Source of the DNA: Proteromonas lacertae
Lineage: Eukaryota
Reading direction: 5' to 3'
Assembly: GCA_002245135.1 (NCBI GenBank)
Contig: NGBS01000886.1
Span: 62,001 to 126,000 of the forward strand
DNA: 64,000 bases
Part shown: one piece after another, positions 14,180-27,038 of the stretch
How positions within the stretch are numbered: position 1 is the stretch's first letter
How the letters are laid out: the number at the start of each line of letters is the position of its first letter
Notes under the pieces: generated by a model
What the model was told of the DNA's origin: nothing
Database searches by the model: none
Seen by the model: the letters and a program-made list of their open reading frames with translations, nothing else
Made by a program: the position numbers and the translations under genes

Positions 14180-15263
14180 ATGAGTAAATTAGTATTGATT
14201 CATCAATATTATAATCTAGAACTTAATATTTTTCATTATTGCATTGATTGCATTGTCAACAGCTTCACAGAACAGACATTTGAGATTGTTGAATGAAGAA
14301 GAAAGAGAATTACAGGATGATTCAACCACGAAAGATAATGAGGAGCCAGCTTCAAGTGCCACAACCAGTGAACCCGAAGTAACAACCACAACTTCTTCTG
14401 ATAAACCAAGTGATACTACCACAACCGAACCAACCGAAGGCACAACATCCAATCCACCTGATGAATCATCCTCCTCATCATCTGCACCAACTGTATCTCC
14501 ATCTGGTGATAAAATGCCAGAAATTCCAAAAGATATATTTGATTGTTATTTTACAGCTGATCAATACCCAACAGCTGATGGCAAAAAGTTTAAATTTAAA
14601 GCAATAACATGTAATACACCAAAAATCGAAGAAACAACAACACCATCTTCATCAGAAAGTAAAAGTACTCCAACAATAAAGATTAATAATATAGAATCAA
14701 AAACAGCTGTTATAGTAGATAATAATAAAGAGTGTTTATATACATTTTCATTTGAAATTGATTTTGAAGTTTCAGATTCAAAAGTTGAAGTATCATATTT
14801 AGGTAATACAACCACAGTTCAATTAGGATGTAATGTTGGAAAGAATATGCACAAAGCAGGTGATGATATAAAAGAAGGTGTTTGTGATATAACAAAATTC
14901 CAATCAGGTAATTACAGTGGTAAATGTTTAGTAAATGTAAAAGAAAATAAACAAATATTTGAATTGGATTTATATGAAGATGATGAATATTCTGGATGTA
15001 ATTGTACAGTTGAATGGAAAGGAGGTGTGAGTGATAATTCACCAAAACCAATTGATCATGATAATAAAACAATAGGTGTGATATATAATGATTTTAGTCC
15101 ATGTAAAAATGGTGAGAAAATCTCAATTGAATGTAGTGTGAATGGATGGAAATATGTAACAGCTAGTGATATTAATAAATGTCAATGGGATAATGGTTCT
15201 ATTTCCTCAACAGTGTCATCATTATTATTAGTTTTAGTAATGATTTTTTCAATTATTTTTTGA
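14180..15263 (+). CDS. Predicted GPI-anchored mucin-like Cys-rich surface protein, copy 2 (intact)
   Basis: MSKL, 28-nt intron 14192-14219, then NLIFFIIALIALSTASQN-RHLR-LLNE-EER-ELQD. S/T-rich stalk, 11 Cys, C-terminal 'DNGS' plus hydrophobic tail with no cytosolic extension. Confidence 0.85.
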
Positions 15264-15528
15264 ATTGATTATTTTCATCATTTATCTTTACTTTTGTTTG
15301 TTTTGGATGTTAATTAGAATAAATTCGTATTTCTTCTATGATTCAACCTTTATTACCTGTTCAAGCAGTTTATACAGTCAAATAGTTTTTATTCGTATTC
15401 GCAACTTATGCTTATATTGTACATTTATTAATTTAATCAAAACACACATTTCTATAATATATTACCACCTCGTTCATCAGAAAAATTCAAAATGAGAATG
15501 ACATGAAACGGCTAAAAATAATTTTAAA

Positions 15529-15585
15529 TTTTTGAATTTCCGTTATACATTTATCGTTTCATTGTCGTTATAAAATTCATTTTTT
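15529..15585 (+). promoter_or_regulatory. Conserved upstream block shared with surface-protein copy 2
   Basis: Near-identical to 14103-14160; contains TATAAAA and TCATTT. Confidence 0.6.
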
Positions 15586-15602
15586 GAATCTTTTTTTTAA
15601 TC

Positions 15603-16750
15603 ATGAGTAAACTCGTATTAATTAACCATTATTATTCACTAGAATTTATTGTTTTTCCTTTTTGCCTTACTTGCTGTCTCTACAGCTTCATACGAAAGAA
15701 ATTTGAGATTTTTAGGTGCAGAAAATGAAAGAGAATTAGAATCAAGTACATCTGATGAAAATGAAAGTTCAGGTTCAACTGCAAATACTACACCAGAAGT
15801 TACAACTACAAAAGCATCAGATGAACCAACAACAACATACATCATCTCAAGGAGGAGAATCTACAACAACAGAACCTACTGAAAAAACAACTCCAGAAGT
15901 AACAACAACAACACCATCAGGAACTGGAGGTAATGATGATATTCCAACTGTTCCAGCGACTGAATTTAGATGCTATGTAAAAGAAGCACCACTATCATAT
16001 GATTCAGAAACAGGTTTTAAAGTTACAAATTTATTATGTAATATTCCAGAAGCATCAGGAAGTGAAGAAGCAACAACAACACCAGCTGAAGCTTCAGTAA
16101 CAGCATCAGCTGCTGCAGCAAGAATGTTAGTAGAACCAGCAATTGAAGTTGTAATTGAAGGAAAAGGTCTTAATAATGTAAAATGTGCAGGTAATAAAGC
16201 AGCTGAATTAACATGTGGTACAGAAGGTAAAGGTTTTAATATTAAAGATTATAGATTTACAGCTGTATATAATGGTTTTGAAAGTGTAGTATACTTAGGA
16301 TGTAGAATGGGAGATAGTGATGTAATTCCAGTTGATGGAAATCAATATAATGGTACTTCATGTCCAGCTCCTTTAGTTAAGAAAGGTGAAGATGAAGGAT
16401 ATAATGCAACATGTAAGTTTTATCCTAATAAGATTGGTACTGGAGATGAATATCAAGTAACAACAGGAAATATTTCATGTAAATGCAGTGATAAATACTC
16501 TCATACAGATAGTAAAAGTCATAAATATACATATGACATACCAACATCAGATATTGGTGTTAAGGATTTAATTGGATCAACTTACACAGTTGATATTGGA
16601 TGTAAAACAGGACAATTAAAAATTAAATGTAAATCAACAGGATGGGAAGTAGTAAGTGGTGAAGGAGAATGTCTCAATGATGGTGCAGTAACCTCAACAG
16701 TATCAGCTATCTTATTGAGTGTAATAATGGTTATTGCCATTATGCTATAA
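15603..16750 (+). CDS. Predicted GPI-anchored mucin-like Cys-rich surface protein, copy 3 (one +1 indel near 15838)
   Basis: MSKL, 28-nt intron 15615-15642, signal peptide, 'RNLRFLGAENERELE', T-rich tract, 12 Cys, 'NDGAVTSTVSAILLSVIMVIAIML*'. Confidence 0.8.
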
Positions 16751-16853
16751 ACAATAAAGAACGACTTTGGAATATTATTGTGAAAGTTTTTTTTAAATAT
16801 ATGATTTATTGTTTTATGGGTATTATAATAAACAAAACATAAGATAAATTTTA

Positions 16854-17309
16854 TTAATCTAATAATTTCTTACAATAGGGGTATTTATCTAACTCTTTAT
16901 TATCCATTTGCTTTAATTTGTTTATAATATTCTGTTTCAAATCTATTTTTGAGGTTTCTACTATTTCATTCAAGTTTAATTTTGATTCTATATCTTTTAG
17001 TTTAATATTATCAGTTGTTTTTGATAAAGCTAATCTTATTGATTCTATTACAACACTTTGAGGAGTGTATTTTTCTTTACCTTCAAAATACAACGAAGAC
17101 AGATTAACATTCACATTTTGAAGTTTGTTTGAATCTTCTTCGATCTGTTTATATATTTTATATCTATCTTTCTCCTGAAATGCCTGTAGAGCAGCCAAAT
17201 ATTCTTCAGGAATAGTTTCTGTATTTCCTTCATTCATTATTGAATCAAGTAAATCATCATCATTCTGTTCATCTTTTAAACACTCATCTAATAACTCATC
17301 TAAATCCAT
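16854..17309 (-). CDS. Hypothetical 151-aa protein with acidic N-terminus
   Basis: Clean ATG-to-stop ORF with protein-like composition that fills the gap between neighbouring genes. Confidence 0.6.
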   Translation of the reverse strand: MDLDELLDECLKDEQNDDDLLDSIMNEGNTETIPEEYLAALQAFQEKDRYKIYKQIEEDSNKLQNVNVNLSSLYFEGKEKYTPQSVVIESIRLALSKTTDNIKLKDIESKLNLNEIVETSKIDLKQNIINKLKQMDNKELDKYPYCKKLLD

Positions 17310-17372
17310 TAATTCACTTTTGTGTAATAATTACAAATACATTGTCAAATTTGATTATTCTGACATTTTGAA

Positions 17373-18028
17373 ATGTTATTTTTAATTATAATCTACGCAG
17401 CCACATAGTATTTTATCCATCATTTTAATTTTTCTATAGTGGACTTGCTACATTGTTAGCAGTCTTTTTGACTTTAAAGTATGTAACAGCAAAAGATGAA
17501 GAAACAAATAAAAAACTCATGCGTGTCTGGTATATTTGCATGTATATTATTGAATTAGGATTATTTTTGGAACTTGTTCTCTCTTTGCACCACTTGTTAT
17601 TGGACATTGTTATGAACTATTATGTTTATTCACAGTAGTTTGTATTATTCCATATAAAGTAGGATAATATATGTATATTTTAATAGAATTTTATGGGAGT
17701 TGATATTTTATACGAATATGCTGCTTCAAAATTCTATAGCAACATCCCATCCTTATTCAAAAACAACATTATGCCTTATTTATCAAAATACATAGAAATG
17801 GGAAATGATTTTATACTAGATTCTTTAGAAAAGACAATTCCATCATACATTTCAACTGCTCATTGTAATACATTTGTATTTAATAATTTATGTGAAAGTA
17901 TCGATGTATTGAAAAAAGCAGCAGTTAAGAACGATAAATCGTATCAAAAATAATAATCTATTATTAGAGAAAGGGAAATAAGTATGACACAATCTTTACG
18001 ACCAGCAAGAAAAGAAGATTTTGAATAA
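17373..18028 (+). CDS. Small multi-exon membrane protein, possibly TB2/DP1/HVA22 (REEP/Yop1)-like
   Basis: Four short introns join hydrophobic segments. 'KLMRVWIIFG' and 'FMGVDILY' resemble the REEP W..W and GA..LY motifs. Confidence 0.5.
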
Positions 18029-18129
18029 TTTCATTTCATATTTTGATGATTTTGTTGATTTTGTGTTGGTTTAATTTTTGGTAGATTTGATTCTGATTTG
18101 TGTTTCAAAATAAAAGAAAGATATTTTTG

Positions 18130-20798
18130 ATGAGCAAGTATGAATAACTCATCGTTTTTATCATATATTGTATATATAGAAATCAAGCAGGGATTTTTAA
18201 GATACTTTCTTCATTAGTTGAAGGTGATTTTAACCCTCAAAACAACTACATAGTCACTCATCCAGAATGTCTTCCGTATTTTTATGTCATATATAATTAT
18301 TTAGGACTATTTTTAAACAAATAATAGCGAAACCTGTTACTTTTCAGTCTAATTTCTTTGAAATTATGATCCAACTGTTCTTAATAGATTCAGAAAATTC
18401 AGAAAAGCTTCATGAGTATGTTTATACCATATTTAATGTATTTAGTCATGAATTACAGAAGTATATAATTCAAACATACTTCAGCACTTGTTGATAATTG
18501 TACAAATCCATCGGAAGAGCAAATGCAGTTATTTAGAAAATTATTATCTCTTCTGACAACAGTTGGGTTATTTAGCACATGTGAGAATGATATATTCGAA
18601 ATACTTTCACCATTCAGATCATCAACTAAATACCATCCTTCTGATGATCTAACTAGTCTATATATCAAATCTTTAAGTTTCAATGTCTTCAATTTCTCCA
18701 GGTCCTTCAGTGTATATTTCATTAAAAGATAGACAATCAACTATTAAACTATCTCCAATCAAATCATTCACTTCAACTCAATCTTCTTCTTCATCTTCGT
18801 CAAATACCTCAAATGGTTATACCATTTGTTTGTGGGTGAATTTACACAAACCCTCTTTAGATAAAGATGGTGCAATATTATACAAATTTCATAATCCAAC
18901 TAATGATAGTAGTATCTTGTGTCATATAGATAATACCAGTTTAATATTCCAAATAACTACTTCAAAGAAGAAAACTGAATCATTAAATGTATGTATATAT
19001 ATATGTTATATTAATGAAATTTATATTGAATTAGATTCCTGATGCTTTGATTGTTGATAAATGGCAATTTATATGTATTATCCACACAAATAGTTTGACA
19101 AAAACAAAATTATCCGTTTTCATTGATGGTAATGAATGTTTATCAGAAAAGTTTTCATACCCCAAAAATGATATGTTTCCATTTAATTATTCAGTGATAG
19201 GAGGATCTTATTTAAATTCATCATCACCTCCTACAACAACAACAACAACAACTAATACTACCAATATGAATAATACTGGTTTTATTGGTAAAATCGGTTC
19301 ATTTATCTTATTAAACAAAGCAATCAATAGTGAAGATGCAATTAAATATTCATCTTATAGTTTAAACCAATTATATTTATCAATAGATAATGATATTCTA
19401 CAAATATTATTAGATCCACGACACTTTGATAGATCGACCAATATATTGTTAGATGGAAGTGCAAATAAAGTATTATAATAATATTATTATATAATTATTT
19501 ATTTATTTTGTATATAGATTGATGGTTGTTTAACTGGTAAAGCCAAATGTCTATTCACAAAGAATATAAGAGATTGTATATCTGAAATAGGAGGAATTGA
19601 AACATTCTTTCCATTGTTACTATCAAAGAATCCATCATTACCACATTCAATAGCATCTATTGTATTACAACCAAAAGTATAGAATATTTATTATTTTATA
19701 TTATAATAATTTATATATAATATATATTTAGAGTTATGCTAGTATTATTGAGTTTATTGGATCATTATTATTAAATCATCCTAACAATATTCAATCACTT
19801 CAGAATTGTAATGGTTTACATATACTGAATTGCGTATTTCAATTTCTAACTTCAGATTATATTTCTACTGATTTATTCGTGGCTGTAGAGAAATTGGTTT
19901 TTAGTTTGAAATCGAATTACAATTTATATCGAAAGAGTTTTAAACTGTTATTAGCAAAGTTGAATATTTGGGTGAATGGAAATTTTGAAACACAAAAGTT
20001 CATATTTGACAAATTCAAAAGTTATTTATCATCTTCTTCGAAAGCTTGGCTTGAACTTTTGTGATATTTTAATAACGGATAAATTATTGAGAGTTTTGGA
20101 CACTTGTTATTATATCAATCCAAAGAGAGATTCTGTTATACGTAAAACACCATTAAGCAATGAAGAATTAATGAAATTGAGAGAATATATATTCGATTTA
20201 ATACGTTCATCATTATTCGATATAAATGGAAATATACGAAAATCAAAGGTAAGACAATTATTTAGATTCTTATTCGTCAATGAAATCGATAATTCAAATT
20301 ATATTGATTTAACTCCATTTGTTACTGATTTAGTCAATAATAAACAGATTAGTGATTATTTAATGGATTTAGGAGGTGTTGAACTGTTTATATCACTTTT
20401 ACAGAAGAAAACAGAAGGTTCTAGACTGTTGGGATTGAAAATAATAATTTCATTATTATCATTATTGCCTAAGAAAAGTGTGAATGAAATTATAACAGGT
20501 GAATTTAGTATAAAATTGTTATATTCACTTGGTAATCAAATATCAAATGATGAGTATATATTATATTTAATTTACATATATTATATTTATAGATATGAAT
20601 GTTTGATGTTGATTTGTTATGGTATATCTAATGATACAATCTTGAATAATCATATTGTATATATAATATATAATATATAAATGTTTAATTATTGATTGTA
20701 TAGTTATCATATCCAGTGATTTTACAATATATATTCAATCATATTATTTATCATAATGATTCTCCATTGATTTATCCAGTTATAACTGATTTTATAAG

Positions 20799-20831
<33 letters not shown>

Positions 20832-23800
20832 AATAGATATATTTACAGATAAGAATCTCCAACAACAGAATATCAAATTATTACTTCAATATCCAATCTT
20901 ATTAACACTCTTTTATTACACTAATCAATCACATGGTTAAACCAACAAAACCATTATTCCAAGCTGATTTGAAACAATCTTATTATATATTAAAATCAGA
21001 ATTAAGTAAAAATGAATTAACACAAGAAGAATATTATGACAAATTCACCAAATTAGTTACATTGGCAAAATCTGATTGTTATGATATACTCTTAAATGTA
21101 TTAAATACAAAGATAATCAACCATAATAAAATATACAATTGTTCACATTTATTATGTTATTATTATACTAAACAATTCAAATTGTCAATTAATGAAATGA
21201 TATTGTCATTTTATTCAAAATTACTCATCATGTCAATTACATTATTACCAAACGGCTATATATTCAATAATTATATAAGATCATCATTAATAGATGTATT
21301 ATCAACAGCAGTAGATATTAATACAAATTGGGTTATGTATTATAGAAAAATATTAACTTTAACACTCTCTAAATTACCTGATAAAGTAAAGAAAATGAAT
21401 AATAATGTTGATTCTATTAATAATAATATTTATATATTCTGTAATGAAAGTGTTTGTCATTATTTACAGTATGGTGAGAATAGTTCTATTGATTGTATCA
21501 ATAAAGTAGATGATGGAATTAATCAGAGTTTTATTAAGGAATTATTGAATTGTTATACTCATTTATCAATGAATATAAATGAGAAATATTCATTTGGATT
21601 CTTACCTAAAGATGAAGACAGTATGAATTATGAATCAATAAAAACTCAATATAAATCATCTATTAATACATCTGAACCAATACCAATTGTTGGTGGAATA
21701 ATGAGAGATTTTGTTTATATAATAATCAATCAAATATGCAAGTATCTTAATAGTAATGAAACTCTTGTTAACTCATATATAAATCAATTGATTTATTTGT
21801 TGAGATTGATTAAGATAATTGAAGGAAATACAAGTGAAATTGTCAAGTATTAATTATATATATTATTTCATTTATTTATCTATTGAAATAGAGGAAGAAA
21901 TGTAATTGAAAGATCAATTCTCACTTATTCATTAACAAAGATAATACCATTAATATCAGCCTGCTCAATTTCATCAATAAAGAAGAATCTCAATGATTAT
22001 TGTAACTTATGTTTGAATAAACCAACTAGTAGTATTGATGAATTAAATAAAATCATTTCACAAGATAAATCTATAAGAGAAACAATTGAATTTCAAACTC
22101 AATTAGATCAAACATTATCAATCAATTATTCTACAAAATTATCAAAAATGAAATCCGATTTAGCAATTCAATTGAATGATTTTAATAAGAATTACAGTTC
22201 AATAATAAAGACAATTCCAATAGCAGATTCAAAATCAATTCGAAAATCTGATGCAATGGTGACAAAATTTGGCACACTTGAAGAAATACGAAAAATGATA
22301 TTACAACAATCACGAGATCATTATCAACTGCAAATGTATATAAAGTCATTGAAAATCATTATTTTGGATCATATTTACTGTTCTGGTCCTTGGGAAGATA
22401 TAAATAATAATAATAACAATAGTGGTTGGAAGTATTGGAGTTTAAATGAAAATGGAAATATTTATGGGTTAAGAACGAAATTGATTAGAAACTATCAAGG
22501 GAGTAGTTATAAAGAATGTGTTGTTAGAAGTATATTTATATTTATTTATTGTTTATTTAAATAGATATGAAAGAAGAAAAAATTGAAGAAACTGATTTTA
22601 ACAAATCATCCAAATATATTCAAGAATTATTAAAAAAAAGAAATTATTAAAAAGAGATTCAAATAGATTAATAGACAATACATATATACTATCTGAAGGT
22701 AATAACAATAAACAAAAAAACGATGAAGAAGAGTTGAAAATAGTGAATAACATCAAAGATAATGTAGCAGTGTTATTAAATCAATATGAACAACAATATC
22801 TTATTAGTCAATCCATCAATTCATCATCATCATTATCATCGTCGACAAATACAAATACAAATACAAATTCAAATGACAATAACAACAGCAGCAGTAGTAG
22901 TGGTGGTGGTGGTTTTAAATCATTATTTAAACGATTTAATAAGAAAGAAGAAAAACCTAATGTTATAGTAAAAGATACAGCTAATGAAATGAATAAGAAT
23001 ATTAATAAGAATTATCAATTCATAGTGTCTGGTGTACAATGTAAATCGAAATTACCAAAATTAGACAATATGGTGTTTAATACATTAGATGAGTTAGATA
23101 TATACTTAAAAACTAATAATTCCAATAATAATAATAATAATAATAATAATTCCAATACAATTGATCATCACAAAGTATTATTGGAATTATTATGTGAAAT
23201 TATTCTACCAATGATTACTGTAGAAGGTGTATTGAGGATTTATGATAATAAGATTATATTTGAAGGAACAAAACTAGGTGGTTTAGCTGATTTGAGTCAA
23301 CAAGCTTTATCCGTTACAAAGTATTTATATTTATTATAAATGTTTTATTTATTTATTTGTATAGGAATTTGAAATATAATAATGGTGAAATAATGGGTGA
23401 TTTATTCCAATCAAATGCATTAAAGAAAAGACAATTCTATTTGAATGATATTATATCAGTTTATAATCGTAAACATTTACTTCAAAGATTGGCATTAGAA
23501 ATATTCTATGAAAATGGATCTTCATCATTATTCAACTTTACAAGTGATAGTGATAGAAGTTCTGTTTATAAAATGTTAATTAAACATATTCCTAACAGTT
23601 TAACAAGAAGTATTTCATTTAAAAGGTTATATACACCATCACAGTTTATGAATAAAAGTGTTTGGACAAATTTATGGGTTGAAAGAAAAATCTCTACATT
23701 TGATTATTTATTATATATTAATGTAATTGCTGGAAGAAGTTTTAATGATTTAACACAATATCCAGTCTTCCCTTGGGTGATTGCTGATTATGAATCAGAA

Positions 23801-25833
23801 AAACTTGACCTAACAAACCCAGCCACTTTTAGAGACTTGAGTAAGCCAATTGGTGCATTAAATCCTGAGCGATTAAACGAGATGTTAGGATAGATATGAG
23901 ATGATGAAAGGTGATTATGAAGATATGAAGAATATACCTGATAGTTGTATAGAACCACCATTTATGTATGGATCTCACTATTCAACAACAGGTATTGTAG
24001 TTAATTATTTATTAAGACTTGAACCATTTACTACTTATGCTCTGATACTGCAAAATGGACATTTCGATCATCCTGATAGATTATTTCACTCAATTAAAGA
24101 ACAATGGGATAATGTGTTGGTGAATTCTGCTGATTTCAAGGAATTGACACCTGAGTGGTTTTATTTGAGTGATTTCTTGGTGAATAAGAATGAACTGCCT
24201 CTAGGTAAAAGACAGGATGGTGAAATTGTGAATAATGTTGTGTTACCGAAGTGGGCAAAAACACCAGAAGAATTTATATCTCTAAATAGAGAAGCATTAG
24301 AATCTGACTATGTATCTGAACATATCAATGAGTGGATTGATTTGATATTTGGTTATAAACAAACTGGAATAGAAGCAGAAAAAGCAAATAATGTGTTTCA
24401 TTACTTAACATATGAAAATTCAATCAATTTTGATGGAATTACAGATATTAAAGCTCGTCAAGCCATTGAAAGTCAAATATCAAGTTTTGGTCAAACACCA
24501 AGCCAATTGTTAAATACTCCACATCCAATGAGAATATCTAAAGATAAACTGAAGGAGAGTAATAATAATAACATTACATTATTCAATACAACAGAATATG
24601 CAACTCAACAAGTTGATACAAATCATCATTTACCAATTACTTCCTTTGGATTTTCATTAGATACTCAGAGTTTATACACAATGGATAGTGAAGGTAAATT
24701 AGGACAATATTATTACAACAATACAAAGACAAACATTATTTGTCCATTTACATTTGAAAAACTATCTGTTTCTCATAATAAAAACATTCTAACATCCAGT
24801 CAAATGACAAGTGAATGTTTACATTCATATTTATTCAGTTTAGATGATAAGAATATCATGATTGGTATTACTGGTCTTTGGGATTTCAGTTCATTATTAT
24901 TAATTACTAATCCACAGCATCAAACATAATCATCATCAACACCAACAACAATCATTATATTATCATACATCCTATACAACCTGTATGGCATTGTCCAATG
25001 CCAAATATCGATATAAGACGAACTTATACTTGGCTTGTGGTAGTGAAGATACAACAATATCAATATGGAAAATAAATACATTACATAATAACTTCATACA
25101 GAAATCATCTAAAGCATCATCATCATCATCAACAACAACAACAACAACTGGAGATGTAGTAGTAGATTCTTCAACTAGTTCTAGTAATAATAATAATAAT
25201 AATAATAATTTGACATATTTTATAGATAAAACTCCATTTTCTATTTTGACAGGACATAAAACAAGTGTTAAATGTTTAGATATAAATTCATATTTTGATA
25301 TTGTTGTTAGTTATAGTAAGAATGATAAAAGTGATGAAAATAAAGATACAATTATTTGTTTAATGCATTCAATGAGAAAAGGCAGATTCTTAAGATCTAT
25401 TCATATAAATACAAAAGAAATAATCAAAAAGAAAGGAATAAAAGAAATTTATGAAAATGAAATAAGTCAAATCAAAATAGTTGACTGTGGTAAGATATTA
25501 ATATTATTAAACATCAATGAAAAGAAAACTAATAAATTGATTTCACAAATTGTTTATATTTATACAATCAACGGTCAATTGTTACATTATAAAGAGTTGA
25601 ATTGTTCTATTATTCCAACTTTTGAAATTTCTACTATTAATCAAGTTTTGATCACTTGTACCAATAATACAATTCAATTTAGATCATTGTTAGACCTTTC
25701 TATATTACATGAATATACATTAGAAGCATTAAGTGATATAAGTAGTTTCAAATTATGTGATGATGATAAAGTCATTACTATTGGAATGAAAGATAGTTCA
25801 ATGTTTTTGTTATATCCTATTATTCATTCTTAG
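18130..25833 (+). CDS. BEACH-domain protein (neurobeachin/LRBA/NBEAL-like: ConA-like, PH-BEACH, WD40)
   Basis: 'AGRSFNDLTQYPVFPWVIADY', 'FRDLSKPIGA', 'YGSHYS', 'KELTPEWFY', 'WIDLIFGYKQ', 'FGQTPSQL' and WD repeats. Many micro-introns; single-base indels near 18698, 20058, 22635, 23889 and 24924. Confidence 0.92.
20799..20826. repeat. (TA)14 microsatellite at the 5' end of a BEACH-gene intron
   Basis: Perfect TA run beginning at the T of the GT donor (20798). Confidence 0.9.
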
Positions 25834-25924
25834 ATTATTATTATTATTAAGAAAGTATTATACGTTTTAATGTGATTTTTTTTGTTAATTTGAAAAGAAA
25901 ACAATAAAATAACAAACTCTAATT

Positions 25925-26929
25925 CTAAAAATCACATTTACTTTTACAATTAACTATTGGTTCAGATGTCCTACTATCTGCAGGAGGTAAATGCAACAAT
26001 TCCATTCTTAATTGTTTTAATCCACACTTTATTCCATATATATTTGCTTTTAATGAAGGAGTACTTAATGAATTAGGATGTGATAGTCTTATTATACGAA
26101 AAGCTCCATCACAATCACCAAATTCAGGATTTCTCTTTTTAATATCAGTACAAGCAAATGATTCAATGTGAAATACACCATCACATTGATTTTCAATACT
26201 ATTTAATACTTGACTTGATAATATGTTTGGATCAACTTCAATTAACACTACTATAGGCTTATTAAATATTAATGAATGTAAGCTAATTACAAATGAGATA
26301 AATTCATTCATATTATCTATTAATAGCAACTCCAAATTCCTTATAATCACTCTTGTCACAATAGAAATATCTTCAATTTGTGTTTTTATTTGTTGATATA
26401 ATGATTTGATTGTATTTGATTTTTCAAATGTATAATAATGAATCTGAGATGATTCTAGTAACTCTGGTTGAATGGGATGTGATAAATTATAAGAATTACA
26501 GAATTGAGTTGGGTTATTGGTTTTAGTTAGATATTTTTTATATTGCCATGCTATTTGTAAAGTACTATCTACATCAGGTTTTTCTTTAGCTTTTGTAGGA
26601 GTAGATTGAGATAATAGAGTACTATTCTCTGGTAAATTCTTCATAAAATCTTTTTGATATATTTCTTTTTCATTTGATGAATAGAATACCTTCTGTTTCG
26701 AAGAAATTCCTTCTGATATGAAATATTTAACTAAAACTTGTGAATAATTTGTATATCTATCTTTTGCTAATAATACTAAACTGCCCAATGGCATTCCACC
26801 TCCTTGTATTTGATCAAAATCCTTTTGACCTGTTGATATTAGCTGAGATCCATTTAACCATGGTTTTACACCTGATAATTTTATTTGTTTCACTGCATTC
26901 TTGGATGATGATGCTTTTTGGAATGACAT
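25925..26929 (-). CDS. ELP4: Elongator complex subunit 4 (PAXNEB)
   Basis: 'GVKPWLNG..LISTGQKDFDQIQGGGMPLGSLVLL', 'LQIAWQYKKY', 'FCNSYNLS', 'MELLHLPP'. Confidence 0.9.
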   Translation of the reverse strand: MSFQKASSSKNAVKQIKLSGVKPWLNGSQLISTGQKDFDQIQGGGMPLGSLVLLAKDRYTNYSQVLVKYFISEGISSKQKVFYSSNEKEIYQKDFMKNLPENSTLLSQSTPTKAKEKPDVDSTLQIAWQYKKYLTKTNNPTQFCNSYNLSHPIQPELLESSQIHYYTFEKSNTIKSLYQQIKTQIEDISIVTRVIIRNLELLLIDNMNEFISFVISLHSLIFNKPIVVLIEVDPNILSSQVLNSIENQCDGVFHIESFACTDIKKRNPEFGDCDGAFRIIRLSHPNSLSTPSLKANIYGIKCGLKQLRMELLHLPPADSRTSEPIVNCKSKCDF

Positions 26930-27038
26930 TTTTCTCAAATAAGTTTGTGTGTATCAAATATGTTTGACAAACATGTTTGGATAATTTTTGTTTTTCTTCA
27001 CCAATTCAATAAATTGACAATATAAATACAAAAATAAA

